From Lama glama (Eukaryota), in contig CM052817.1 in the NCBI GenBank assembly GCA_028534125.1, forward strand, positions 21,516,001 to 21,580,000: a stretch of DNA of 64,000 nt, written 5' to 3'. This document shows, piece after piece, positions 1 to 12,237 of this stretch. The notes under the pieces were generated by a model, which saw nothing but the letters and a program-made list of their open reading frames with translations, had not been told where the DNA came from and did no database searches. A program made the translations under genes and the position numbers. Position 1 is the first letter of the stretch. Each line of letters begins with the position of its first letter.

Positions 1-60
1 TGTATAATCTGCAAATAAAGATAATTTTACTTCTTTCTTTTTAATTTGGATGCTTTTTGT
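1..60 (-). mobile_element. LINE-1 ORF2 (RT region) fragment, minus strand, continuing off the window start
   Basis: The reverse complement translates to TKSIQIKKKEVKLSLFADY, the L1 RT segment ending in the FADD motif. Its start aligns to the in-window L1 at 62763-62782 (ataaaagggatccaaattgg). Confidence 0.85.
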
Positions 61-434
61 TACACATTAAAAGGACTGTGATCAAGTGGGATTTGTCCCT
101 AGGATGCAAGAATATTTCCATATACACAAATCAATAAAGCTTTTTAATAGAATGAACTAACAATCGTATGATTATCCCAACAGATATACAATAAAAAGCA
201 TCTGACAAAATACAATATGATAAAAATCCTCAGAAAATTTGAGTATAGAAGAAACATATCTCAACCAGTTACAAGACTATATAGGACAAACCCACAGTTA
301 ACATTATGCTCCAGAGTAAAAGGTTGAAAGCTTTTTTTCTGAGATCCTGAACAAGACAAGGTGCTCAGTCTCACCACTCTTGTTCAGTGCAGTACTGGAA
401 GTCCTAGCCAGAGCAATCAGGCAAAGTAAAGAAA
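61..434 (+). mobile_element. Degenerate LINE-1 ORF2 (RT region) fragment; inverted relative to 1-60
   Basis: Collinear with the in-window L1 at about 62373-62763, e.g. gatcaagtgggattt and ctggaagtcctagccagagcaatcaggcaa. Confidence 0.9.
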
Positions 435-924
435 CTATCTATTAAAACAAAAATCTTGTGATATTCAGCTAAATCTAAATTTAGAAACTATCACTCAACA
501 TTTATCATCAAAATTTAGGAAATAAATGTACTTGATAAATAAATGTATTTGTGGTTTGTACATGTATTTAAAGTTTATAAATTTTACATACATATATATA
601 GTTTGATAATTTATTCAGTCTTCACATCTGAAAACTGATGCATTATAATTTAAAGTGTAAGTAATATATTAACTATAAATATAATTAAATGTCCTGTTTC
701 CAAATCAGAAGCAAACTTAGCCTCTCCAAAATTGAAAGTAAAGGAGATCTAATTTTAATTTCATATCCAATGAAAAAAAAGCTTTCAGATATACTCTATA
801 TATGCCTGAAAATTAAAATATGCTTTCAATTTTCACATTTTTGCACTCTTGTAAGTGAGAAAAAACTTATTGTTGGATTGATAATTAAACACAAATATCA
901 TATTTCTTAAGGTAATTTATGAAA

Positions 925-1003
925 TTCATATTGTAACATGAACATAACCAAGCCTATTATTCAGTTCATACTGTAACATGAATATAACCAAGGATATTAT
1001 TCA
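925..1003. repeat. 40-bp tandem duplication (2 copies)
   Basis: ttcatattgtaacatgaacataaccaagcctattattca at 925 versus ttcatactgtaacatgaatataaccaaggatattattca at 965; 4 mismatches. Confidence 0.9.
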
Positions 1004-1183
1004 AGTTGTTTGAATAATCCCTGATAAAATACATGTAATTATCTCTATCAGGGAAAGTTGAAGAAAAATAAAATTTAATGCAAATAAGCTTTTAAGAAAG
1101 AAGTCAGAATAGTTGTCTATTGGATCCAAAGAAAGGTATTAAAGTCAAAGACTGAACCCAGTAATCAAGCATAAAAAACAAAC

Positions 1184-1292
1184 AGTTATATAATAGCGCC
1201 ATATATATATATATATATATGTTATATATTATATATATTTATAGTTATATAATAGCGCCATATATATGTGTTATATATCTATATATAATAGC
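1184..1292. repeat. Duplicated unit containing a (TA)n tract
   Basis: agttatataatagcgccatatatat occurs at 1184 and 1243, each followed by a TA run of different length; a partial third copy lies near 1281. Confidence 0.85.
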
Positions 1293-1394
1293 AAATAGAG
1301 TTATGGGCATTGGCTTTAGGTCCCATACAGGGACATGCTGAGTGCTCTGGTACATCACATGGGCATTTGAAACTAAAAGTTCCTATTGATTGTT

Positions 1395-1610
1395 GTAAGA
1401 TCTGGAAGTAGCCCACTTGGGTACCAATCCCATTCTCTCACTTTATTAGTAAAGCAATTCTGGAAAAGTTGCAGTTTCCTTATTTGTAAGACAAGAATAA
1501 TAGTGCTTCATAAGGTTGCCGTGAAGATTAAAAACTATTTAAGCGTGAAAAAGACTTAAAGCAGTATTTAGCATATAGTAAATTCTTTAATAAACAGTGG
1601 TAACTGTTTT
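1395..1610 (+). mobile_element. MIR SINE
   Basis: MIR core-like cagtttccttatttgtaag...ataatagtg...aggttgccgtgaagattaaa, and 3' end agcatatagtaaattctttaataaa. Confidence 0.7.
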
Positions 1611-3501
1611 ACTTTACTATTATTATTGTTATTATTATTTAGTAGTACCATCTTCTTCTGATCCTTTGCACCCAGAAAATACCTGTCATCTCAAAATAAA
1701 ATTCTTCTGATAGTATCGAGAATATTTTTACTACCGATAAAAGAAACAAATAACTTTGAATGTGTGCTCTAGGGAGGCAGAGTTGTTTCTACTGATGACT
1801 TCCTAGCTCTGAAATTGCTTTCCAGAGACACAAGAATGTGAGCCTTGACCTATGAATCAAAGCACAGAGTCATCCTCTTGACTCAGTCTTTTGTCTTAAC
1901 GACATAAAAAGATCAATCAGGTAGAGGAGTGATTAAAGCTGAGTTTCTTTCTGTGTATTTACCCAGAGGCAAAATCAATGAGCATCCCCAGTTAATAATA
2001 AAAAAAGTAATAAATGAATAAGTAATCACATACTTTTTTGAAGGAAGTTATGTCTCAGCCTTGAGGCAGTTGTTGGTCAATTATTGATGGACTGATTCCT
2101 GCACATGAATATTTTGAAACGTATCTTTAAATCTCAACATATAATGGCAACCTCTTTCATTTACTTCTGAATGAAAAAATAACTGCCTTTTTGTCCCCAT
2201 ATTATTAGTGTAAAAAGGGTCTTAAGGGCAAGGAGACAAGAGCTGATTTAACGTGAACAACCAAATAGCCCAAAATGTTACCACTGAAAGGTTTCATTAC
2301 CATGTCAGCAATGTGAAGAAACGAACTCTACTTTCAAAAAATGTCTTTTTCCCCATAACATGTGACTGATTTTTAACATGATTCCAATGACATGTTTACT
2401 GCTATCAAAAGCAAATGTGATTTATATTCCCAGGAAAATATTAGACACATTATAGAAGAGGAGAAAAAGTGTTATGTATGTGGCAATAGTTATACAGGGT
2501 TCTTTTTTTCTTAACCACATTCATCCATCATAAACTGACTCACTAATATGTTTTGTTTACTACCCTAATGAACAGTAACCCAATACTATAGATAGAAAAA
2601 AAAATCTTTCTACATGTTACATGGTAAACACAATACTGTAAAATCAGACAGATTGTTGATCATGATTTACAATATAAGAAAATGCTTTGAGATCTTGATT
2701 TCATTAACAATTCATACCTGAAATACATTGTTATGAAAACAGTTGTAAAAACAACTTGGGATATCACTTTGCCGTCACATTGTCATGTCTCATTTTTCCA
2801 GGTCCAAATCATTAGAGAATTTTATTAAGTTCTTAATAAAATTACTATCTTAGGCCAGATTATTCTAAAATGCTTAAATTGTGTAGAATTCATAGACCTC
2901 ATTGTGGCAAGATTTAATGAACACCAAAGATATAACAAAAATGATTAGCCATGTTCCACTTCAGGAAATTCACTCCCTCGTGGCTTATGGCAAGCTATGA
3001 TGTTGGAAGCTAATTAGGGTTGAAATAAAGTCTTCAGTATCTGCAAATTTCTTATAGCCTTCTTGGTCATGGGTATGATTAATGCTCGAATCATATATAA
3101 TTTTCAATTAGATACAATAAAATCTTATTAAATATAAGCTGAGAAAGTAAATATTGAAATCTGCTTTTAAAGATTTCAAAAGAAATTTAAGAGATATAAA
3201 AAAAGTGGAGCCACAGAAAAATTGAGTATGGCATTTTGAATGTTGATCCAGCCAAGAAAACATCTTCTTGGGATTTGGGAGTTTGCATATGCAGTACATT
3301 AGTGAGTTGGGAAACAAAAATTTAAAGCTGAGAGTTTACACTTGCAGATGTTAGTTTCATCCATGGAAGGTTATGTTATATGAACTAAGAAAAGAAGAAA
3401 ACAGGGAATAAATATATCAGGGATCCCCACCAAGCATGGACAGAGCAAAGATAAGCTATAAAGTTTGCTGATTTGGTGATTAAAAAAAAAGGTAATAAGG
3501 A

Positions 3502-3616
3502 GAAAAAAAGGACACAAATGAACTTATCTACAAAACAGAAGCAGACTCAGAGACATAGAGAACAAAGTTATGGTTACCAGAGGTTAGAGGGGGTAGGAAG
3601 GGATAAACTGGGAATT
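3502..3616 (+). mobile_element. Lineage-specific L1 3'UTR fragment
   Basis: gacacaaatgaacttatctacaaaacagaagcagactcagagacatagagaacaaag...ggataaactggga matches the L1 3' copy at 47998-48090. Confidence 0.85.
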
Positions 3617-3781
3617 CAAAAATGGCACCTCTTGGGGAGTGATAGAAATGTTAGCTATCTTGATTGTGGTAGTGGTTTCACTGGGGTATACATCCATCAA
3701 AATTCATCAAATTGTACATCTGAAATAAATGTAGTTTACTGTACAGGAAATAGATCACAATAAAGGTGTTTTAAAAAAAAA
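3617..3781 (+). mobile_element. Older L1M-type (L1MC/MD/ME-like) 3' end with A tail
   Basis: gtgatagaaatgtt...tatcttgattgtggtagtggtttcac...catcaaaattcatcaaattgtaca...caataaag followed by an A tract. Confidence 0.75.
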
Positions 3782-3789
3782 GAAAATGG

Positions 3790-4330
3790 GTATGAAAAGT
3801 TGCTAAGAGAAGAGAGATTTTTTAAAACCTCAGTTTGGAAACAAGATGTATGTGGATAGAGAAGAATCTGTGGTGGTAAATACTGCAGAATTACAAGTAG
3901 GGTAGACACAGGGAACAAATTGGTTTTGACAATGAAATAACTAGGATTTAAGCATACATGTGATATTAGAGAGATTTTGATTAAATAAGGACTGACTATA
4001 AACGATAAAAATGGAAACAGCATAGTTTTTCCCTGCAGGAATCATGGTGAAGATGAGCAGAAGAAGAACAAAGGGTGTATTCAAAGAGAAGGTAGATTAT
4101 CATTCTGGTTTTAACATGAGGGTCTTTTGAAAGTGTTTATAGACAGATGGAAGTAAGAGAGAAAATTTGAAGAGGTAGGAAAAATGAATTGATTAACAAC
4201 ATGAAGTCTAGTAAGAGGTAAAAAGAGAAGCAATTCAGCTTACAAGGAGTCTACATGGGGAAGTAAACAGTGTCTGAGTGTTAGGTAGTTTAGATAGAAA
4301 AGAGCACTGGGCAGGGAGGGAGGGGAGGAA
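3790..4330 (-). mobile_element. Degenerate L2 fragment
   Basis: Purine-rich sequence resembling antisense L2; similar sequence lies at 3300-3470 on the other side of the L1 pieces. Confidence 0.45.
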
Positions 4331-4687
4331 CAATCCAAAACACAAGGAGCCTGAGCTGTCAATTAACAAGAGCACAGAGCACCTGAGTTGTCAATCTGTC
4401 AATCAATCAATCAATCAGTCAATCACAAAACCAAGAAACGAACAGCGCCATTTTTTTCCTCTCTTGGATTGGCCTGCTCCCAATTCTAGGGGGTGTACTA
4501 TCACAATATTTTTTACTTCACTAATAAAAATCTTGCTTGTATCATGCTTTCTGTCTCTTATCAAAAAGTCTTTCTTTTTTTCAGGTGACTAAGAACAGAG
4601 ACAATTCTTATTTTCCTTTTTCCCAGTAACATGAGAAGTAAAACAAGGCCAGCATTTATTCAACATCTATTTTGCGAGGAACTAGGT

Positions 4688-5187
4688 NNNNNNNNNNNNN
4701 NNNNNNNNNNNNNNNNNNNNNNNNNNNNNNNNNNNNNNNNNNNNNNNNNNNNNNNNNNNNNNNNNNNNNNNNNNNNNNNNNNNNNNNNNNNNNNNNNNNN
4801 NNNNNNNNNNNNNNNNNNNNNNNNNNNNNNNNNNNNNNNNNNNNNNNNNNNNNNNNNNNNNNNNNNNNNNNNNNNNNNNNNNNNNNNNNNNNNNNNNNNN
4901 NNNNNNNNNNNNNNNNNNNNNNNNNNNNNNNNNNNNNNNNNNNNNNNNNNNNNNNNNNNNNNNNNNNNNNNNNNNNNNNNNNNNNNNNNNNNNNNNNNNN
5001 NNNNNNNNNNNNNNNNNNNNNNNNNNNNNNNNNNNNNNNNNNNNNNNNNNNNNNNNNNNNNNNNNNNNNNNNNNNNNNNNNNNNNNNNNNNNNNNNNNNN
5101 NNNNNNNNNNNNNNNNNNNNNNNNNNNNNNNNNNNNNNNNNNNNNNNNNNNNNNNNNNNNNNNNNNNNNNNNNNNNNNNNNNNNNNN
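4688..5187. other. Assembly gap (500 N)
   Basis: Run of exactly 500 N. Confidence 0.99.
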
Positions 5188-7680
5188 TAAAATAGCCTAT
5201 TTAAAGAAAAAAATTAACACAAGACATTGGCTATTGGCGTAAGCATGAGGATGACTACCAGAAACCTGTTTCAGTAAAAGTATGTAGAATCCTCTTGGAG
5301 CTGGCTTAGGATAGAAGAAAAAGTAAATGCAAATACGGAAATATAAGCATATATCTTTTCAGAAATTTTGCTGTGAGATGGATAGTTTGGCAGAGTTACC
5401 AAGCACAAAACTGATTATGTTTGAAGCCTTTTGGAAATTTTATGTATTTCCTTTGAATGTGACACTGAATAGAGGCTTATTTTAAGATGGATGTAAGCTT
5501 GTGAGTTGTAAAAATATTAAGAACAGCAAACATTTACAGAGCACTAAACTGTGCCAGATACTACTCGGAATGAGTAGGTCCTCTTACCAGCATTATGTGT
5601 ATCGTTTACCATTTTCCTGAGGAGACTGAAATGTAGAAATTAGAGTTACCTACGTTTATATGGCAGAGCTAAGGATAGAAACAGTTTAGGATCTGAAACA
5701 AGCACACAAATAAGAAAAGAAGGCAGGAGGAGTGTCTGTTGGATCCAAGGGGTTGAGGAAAGTCAGAATGAAAGTGGGTGCTAAGAAGTGCTTCTGAGCC
5801 GTGGCTGAGGGTCACGGGACTAAAGAACATTTCTCAAAGTTTGTGCCACAAAGTAAATCGAAGGTGCTGCAGCCAAGCCAGAAGAAAGGATTCTGAATGA
5901 TTGATATAAAGATAGATGCACTTTTACTGCAAAAGAACAGAAGTATAGAGATAAAAAAGAATGCAGTTAGAAAGGAGATTCACGAATTGAGAGCCAGGTG
6001 TCAGTTAAAGTTTATAAATGGATACTTTCAGGGTGTTACTTTTATTTTTTTCAGTGTTCTTAGTTTACATTTACTTGAGTAAGCTGGGTTTTTTAAAGGT
6101 GAGTGGCCAAGATAGATTGGACCAGAAAAATATGAAGCAGAGATGAAAGAGAGATGTAAGAAAGCTACAAAGTGCTATAGAGCTTTAAAAAAGTGAAGCA
6201 GTGTTTGAAGGATGAGAAAAGTTTTCACAGAAAATTGACCAGTTAAGATGGGCCTTAAAAAAATGGATGAGAATTTAAAGATGAGTGATTAGAAGGACGT
6301 GTATTGTGGCTGGAGAAGCATCCTTAGTATCTCATCAAACCATTCATTCATCCATTCATTCATTCATAAAACATTTATTTATTGACCTATTACGGGTACA
6401 GCACTTTTAATGTATTGAAAACTAGAGCATGAAAGAATAATTACAATACCAACATAATTTACTACCATTATGTGAAAGTCAATAATTTACAGCAGTTGTC
6501 CAAGTGGTTATTTCAGACTTAAAAAACACACCTTAGAAAAGCTGGAGCAATAAAATATATAGCATAATTTACACTGAATAGTATAGAACATCATATATAT
6601 AGCATGCATATGAGAAATATATATTCAATAAAAATAGCCAATAAAACCAATATGTGTATACATTTTAATATACTTTCTTGTATTCAGTTCTCTGAAAAAT
6701 ATTTTTTGTTTTACCTGCCCTATGCTTCTATATTTATAACTACAATTAAATATGTAGTATAATTTAACATTGCACACTTTAACAAAAAACCTATTTACAT
6801 AGTAATTATTTTACATAAATGTATACCATTTTATGGGACTCTAGATATTAAATCTACTTACTACATCTTCCCTACAACATTTGAAACTGATTAATTTCAG
6901 CTGAGGATTAGGAGCAAGTTTACTGAATTATTTTCATCATATCCAGGGTTTAATGACTCTAATTTTTATAAAATTAGATTGTTTAATAATCCACAAACAA
7001 GCTTTACACTACATTACAGATTTATTTACTTTTTGTTTCCATTTTGCTTAACAGAGTGTTTTAACCATTTATTCCATTTAATCATGTCTTTGATTTGTCA
7101 TCTTATATTTAGGTATATACATTACATGCTCTAATTTTTCTTCATTGATAAAAGGATTATAACTTTCACTAATAAACACATTTAATTTGTAACTAACTAG
7201 GATCATTTAACTCCTTCCTGCTTCCAGGCAAACTATCAGGACTTATATTTAACTACTTGAAGTTGATTTTATATCTGACTAAATGTATCTTTTTTTATGA
7301 AAATGGTTTATTTCAAGATATAAATCATCTAGCTAATTGCCTCTACACCCCTTCAGTTTTCTCACTGAGGGCAACTTAACCTTCAGCTGTTGAAATCTGG
7401 CCACTATTTGTGAATTCAAAGTTTTCAAAACTATTGAAATTTCTATTTTCATCTAGTTCCTTAATTCTAACAACTGGACATCAGCCATGATCAAACAACC
7501 AAGCCCTTTCTTTGTACTAAGTTTCTTATAGCAGAGTCTCCATGTTATTGTCACGTGCCTGAACACTTGACATGATATTACAACTATGAGCTAATTCTTT
7601 CAGTGGGGGATCTTCCTTCTTACCGTCAGACTTGCTCTATTCTCAGATTCTACTCCTGTACCTCACCTGGGATCCATATC

Positions 7681-7870
7681 TTGTTTTGTTTTGTTTTGTT
7701 TTTGTATATATATATATATTTTTTTTAATTGAAGTATAGTCAGTTTACAATGTTGTGTCAATTTCTGGTGTACAGCATGATAGTTCAGTCATACATGAAC
7801 ATACATATATTTGTTTTCATAGTCTTTTTTACCATAAGTTACTATAAGATATTGAATATAGTTCCCTGTA
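7681..7870 (-). mobile_element. Lineage-specific L1 3' end with (TTTTG)n/(TA)n/T tail
   Basis: ttttttaattgaagtatagtcagtttacaatgttgtgtcaatttctggtgtacagc...gatattgaatatagttccctgt; homologous to 35548-35700 and to the reverse complement of 48160-48310. Confidence 0.9.
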
Positions 7871-8258
7871 AATGCAATGGGTGACCCTGAACTGGATATT
7901 GTACCAGAATGAAAAGGGTTATTGAAATAATTAATGGTATTTGAATATAGACAATGTATTAGATAAAAGTGTATCAATATTAAATTTTCTGACGTTGATC
8001 ACTGTACTATGGGTATATCAGAGAATGTTCTTGAAGCTATGAAATACAAATTTTAGTGTTTAGATGAAAAAGACTGTGATAATTACTATTTTAGTCTCAA
8101 ATACCTCAGAAAAAATTATATAGATGGATTGAGAACATAAAGCAAATAGTGTAAACATTAAATAGCAGCTGAATTTGGATAAAAGTATACTGGAATCCTT
8201 TGTAGTATGCTGATTTTTTTTTTGGTAATTTGCAAATTCTACCAAAATAGAAAAAATT
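7871..8258 (+). mobile_element. L1MC-like 3' end
   Basis: aaatgcaatgggtgaccctgaactggat...tatcaatattaaattttctgacgttgatcactgtactatgg...gagaatgttcttg resembles L1MC3-5 3' ends. Confidence 0.65.
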
Positions 8259-9639
8259 ATTGGATGTATAAGTGGAATTTTAATATGAAAAAAATATGAT
8301 CATTTGACATCCTGTAAACAGCTTAGTTTTAGAAAGCTAAACATATTCTTGAAGACAATTTATTAAACTTATAAGAATCATCTTAAGTATTTGGAAATAT
8401 TTTGCTTGTTATTATTTTAAGCTTATTTCTTCAGGTATTTTAGTGCTTAAAGAGAAAACTGAGCACTTTAAATATGTAATAAATTAATTTGATGAAGTTT
8501 TCAAGTGGAAATGATTATTGAAATATTGAGTTGATTTTTTTCTAACTATAATCAGAGCCTCTCCAGAAAATGGTATTTCTTTGGAACATGAAATTTAATT
8601 GATAAATAATATAATGACATATATAGATATGACTTAACAACTTAAATATAACTAATTTTTATAATTCGTTAACAAAAACTGTCTTTTGAAATCAGAATCT
8701 GACTCCTACCAATTAAAAAAAAAAAAGGAAAATATCCTCATTAATTGATTTCACGACCTGGACCTGATTTTCTGCACTGAGGCTCCCCTCCTGGGATGTG
8801 GTTGTTGCTGTGCTTTGCAGTTTATTCACTACTTGTCTGTCTACCTCAACTCTTGTTTTTTTGCCCATAAGATGACTGTCTCTATTAGGACTAGCCAAAT
8901 TATCATTGTTTTAAGATTAGATTGAATGTTTATAACGTAAGATCTTAATGGAGAAGAGGATGAAATCATTTGGGGTAGATAATTCAATGTATAGCAGGAC
9001 TAAAGATTGAAAAAATTTGTGGAAATAGTGAAAACCACTGCTTCTTCCTTTTTAGAAAAACAGAGGTCACTTCGCAAATCAACATCCTCTGGGGAGATCT
9101 TGCATGTGTCTGAAGTATGTTCTTATAACTTCTGATGTAATTTCTATTTAATCATATTTGACAGCACTTAACAATTAAAGACACCATATTTTGACCCTGA
9201 GTTCTTAAGTCAGTTCTATAAAGTGACACTTGTGTTTGCTTTTGTGGAGAGGAAGGATTTGTCTTGATTGCTGATTTTCCTTTTATATCATTTGATGTTT
9301 TAGAATCGTGACATATTTGTAAGGTCAAGTAAAAAAATATGCTGATGTGGAGGAATATGCAAGAACACGGTTTGCTTTTCAACTTTTGTTCTCTAGTTGA
9401 GGCAAAGTTAAAAAAAAAACAAACTGAAGTTTTATAGGACAAACGCGTACTTCCCAGATGTGCTGATTACAGAAAAAAAGAAAAGTAGTTAACTTTCTAT
9501 TGTTTAAATATTTCCTAACAAGTTCTGCTCAGGACAAATTAATTGGTAACATTTTAAGAATTATCTGGAAAATAAAGGTTGAGCAAAGGACAACTTTTAT
9601 AACCAAATGAGTGAAAAAAAAAAGTTTCATTTGCTTTTC

Positions 9640-9962
9640 AGTTAACTTTAACTTATAGAATAGTTTTTGATTCATAGAAAAATTGAGAAGCTAATAACTA
9701 GAGTTCCCATGTACCCCTCATCCAGTCTCTTCTATTATTAACATCATTATTAACATTACAAAATGGGGTATATTTGTCACAATTAATAAACAAATTACAC
9801 TATTATTTATTAAAGTATCTAGTTTATCAGATTAACTTAGTTTATACCCAACATCTTTTTTCTCTTCCAGGATCCCATTCAGAGTGCCACATTACTTTTT
9901 AGTACTGATGTCTCCTTAGGCTCTTCTTGGTTGTGACAATTTTTTAGACTTCCCTGCTTTCT
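9640..9962 (-). mobile_element. L1MC/MD-like 3' end
   Basis: gattcatagaaaaattgagaag...agagttcccatgtacccctcatccag...ttccaggatcccattcagagtgccacatt...gtctccttaggctcttcttggttgtgaca. Confidence 0.75.
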
Positions 9963-10718
9963 TGTTTTAGATCAGGAATTCTCAAAATTGTAAGAGTTGG
10001 AATAATGACTTCCAGGTTCTTTACATGCGGAAGCTGAAACTATCAAGTCTAAACTATATTTTCAACTTTCCACTGGTTATTGTCTCCCCTCTCTATATGT
10101 TTGCAAAAAGACACTATGCTTCGCCACATTGCCTTAACAGTACGTTGTTTTTTAGTTAAATATTTGATGAGCAAGAATTAAAATTTCCCAAGGAACTTCA
10201 AAACATTTAACAGCAGGTAAATTTGTTTTTAAATTTTTTTTTTTATTTTTAAATCCATTTTTTAACATGAGGTTAAGACAACTGTTGTACTTACCATATG
10301 CTTGTGTAGGAACATGTTCTGTGCATCTGTTATTTTACTGATTGATTAGGAATATGTTATGAGAATTGTGAATTTGAAACCTCTCTAGTTACTGGCATCT
10401 ACCACAACCTTAGTCCTGAAGAAATGAAAATTAGCCACCAAGAGTGAAAGTCAGTTTCGGAAAAAATATATACCAACTTCCCGACGTAGAAAAAAAATCA
10501 TGCTAAAATGAGATTTCTTTTTTGTTTTTTTCTTTCTGTTTCCTTCTTCCTTTCTTTCATTAAACTGAAGAATAAAAGTCATCATAAAATGAAAATATAT
10601 TTCCTGGCTTAAAATGACCTAAATGAAATAAATAAAAGACAAAATTACAGAGAACACAAAATTTAGGTAGCAGGAATCCTAAGTGAAGCATGGTTAATTA
10701 AATTTCCTAAAAAATGCA

Positions 10719-10720
10719 GA

Positions 10721-10767
<47 letters not shown>
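10719..10767. repeat. (TA)n microsatellite
   Basis: Directly visible; one CA interruption. Confidence 0.95.
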
Positions 10768-11727
10768 GGTGTCAGTATATATTAATTTAATGTTTCCTCT
10801 CCAGATATTTATTAGGTACCTACTACACACTAAATCCCATTAGAAAATAAACACAAGAATGATACAGATTTTTGTTTGAAGGAATAGATGCTCACAGTAT
10901 AATAGAATGGATATATCTGGAGGGGATGTTATACAGCATTGAATCCAACACCTACATTCAGCAACCAGGAAACTGAAGACCAGAGACTTCATTACAAGAT
11001 GAATGTCAGGATCTCTAAAACCCGGTTCCTTGCTATAGTAGAAGAAATGTATTAAAAATAATAAGAACAAAACTATAATGCAAAGATTAATATATTATAT
11101 GTTATCAGAAAGTACTGATAAAATGCTATGTGTATGAAAATCATTTCATGTAAAGTAATTCAAAAACCACTTCTAGGTTTTTTTAGAATTACTACTTCAG
11201 TACCCAAAGTGATGTCCTCAGGGTTAATGGAGATCAGTTGGTCACCAGAACTTGAAAATATATTCACAGTATCTAGCTGTTTAAAGAAAAAATTTAGCTT
11301 AATCTATCACATTAGATTCTCACTTGAAAATTCTGGTTTTTATCTCCATAGCTTTCTCCCTATACATAGCTCTTGTCAAAATATTTCACACGTAATCACA
11401 AAATCTTGGCCAAATATCTCATACCTGTCTTCAGTGTTTCTGTTCCAAATAGGTACTAGTAACACTTATCAAATATAGAATAAACAATATGCTGGAAAAA
11501 TCACAATACCTTTAGTAATCATCTGTTTCCAATAATACAGTCCCAAAACAGCAGTTAGTAGAATATGTGTAATTTCACAACTTGTGTGCTTGGCAGTTAC
11601 ACTAAAATCAACATTTGGTGATAAAGTTATTTCTGGCAATGTGTGTTATTTATGTCAAAGACAATATATGTGTTACGTTTGAAGAAATTCTTACAAGCCA
11701 TATACTGGGACAGAATACATGCAAGAC

Positions 11728-12237
11728 TGCAGTAGGCACCTTCTTAGATGACTCCTCAGAATGAATCCTCATCCCAGAATTCTCAGCCTTGTTAGTGTGT
11801 ATTGGACCTAGTGACTTTCTAATGAATAGAATATGCCAAAGGGAACATGATACCACTTCCATGATTAGGTTACGGAAGGCTGTGACTTGAGCTTGCTAGC
11901 CTTCTCCCTCTTGCCCTCTTGCAGAGTATATGATGCAGCAAGCTTCCATGTTGTAAACTGCTTTATGGGGAGACACACGTGGCAAGGAACCAAGGGACAC
12001 TTCCAGACAAGAGCTTGTGAGGATCAAGGACTCAGTTCAAAAACATGGGAGGAGCTAAATCTTGCCAACGTCAGGTGAGTAAACAGGGGACGTTGCCCCA
12101 GTCTAGGCTTGTGATGACTGCAGCTAAGCTGTGTACAGATCCTTGCCTCATAGAAACTGTGGGGTAAAAAAGTGCATGTTGTTTTATGCTGGTACCTTTT
12201 GGTGTAATTTGTTTCACAATGATAAATAACTAATACG
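11728..12237 (+). mobile_element. ERVL-MaLR solo LTR (MLT1F-like)
   Basis: Begins with TG. Contains ggacctagtgactttctaatgaatagaatatg, cacttccatgattaggtta, cacgtggcaaggaac and agaaactgtg, and ends with the MaLR-type gtaatttgtttcacaatgataaataactaatac. Confidence 0.85.

Noticed and set aside
4631..5242. 203-aa and 172-aa ORFs
   Set aside because: Artefacts of translating through the N gap.
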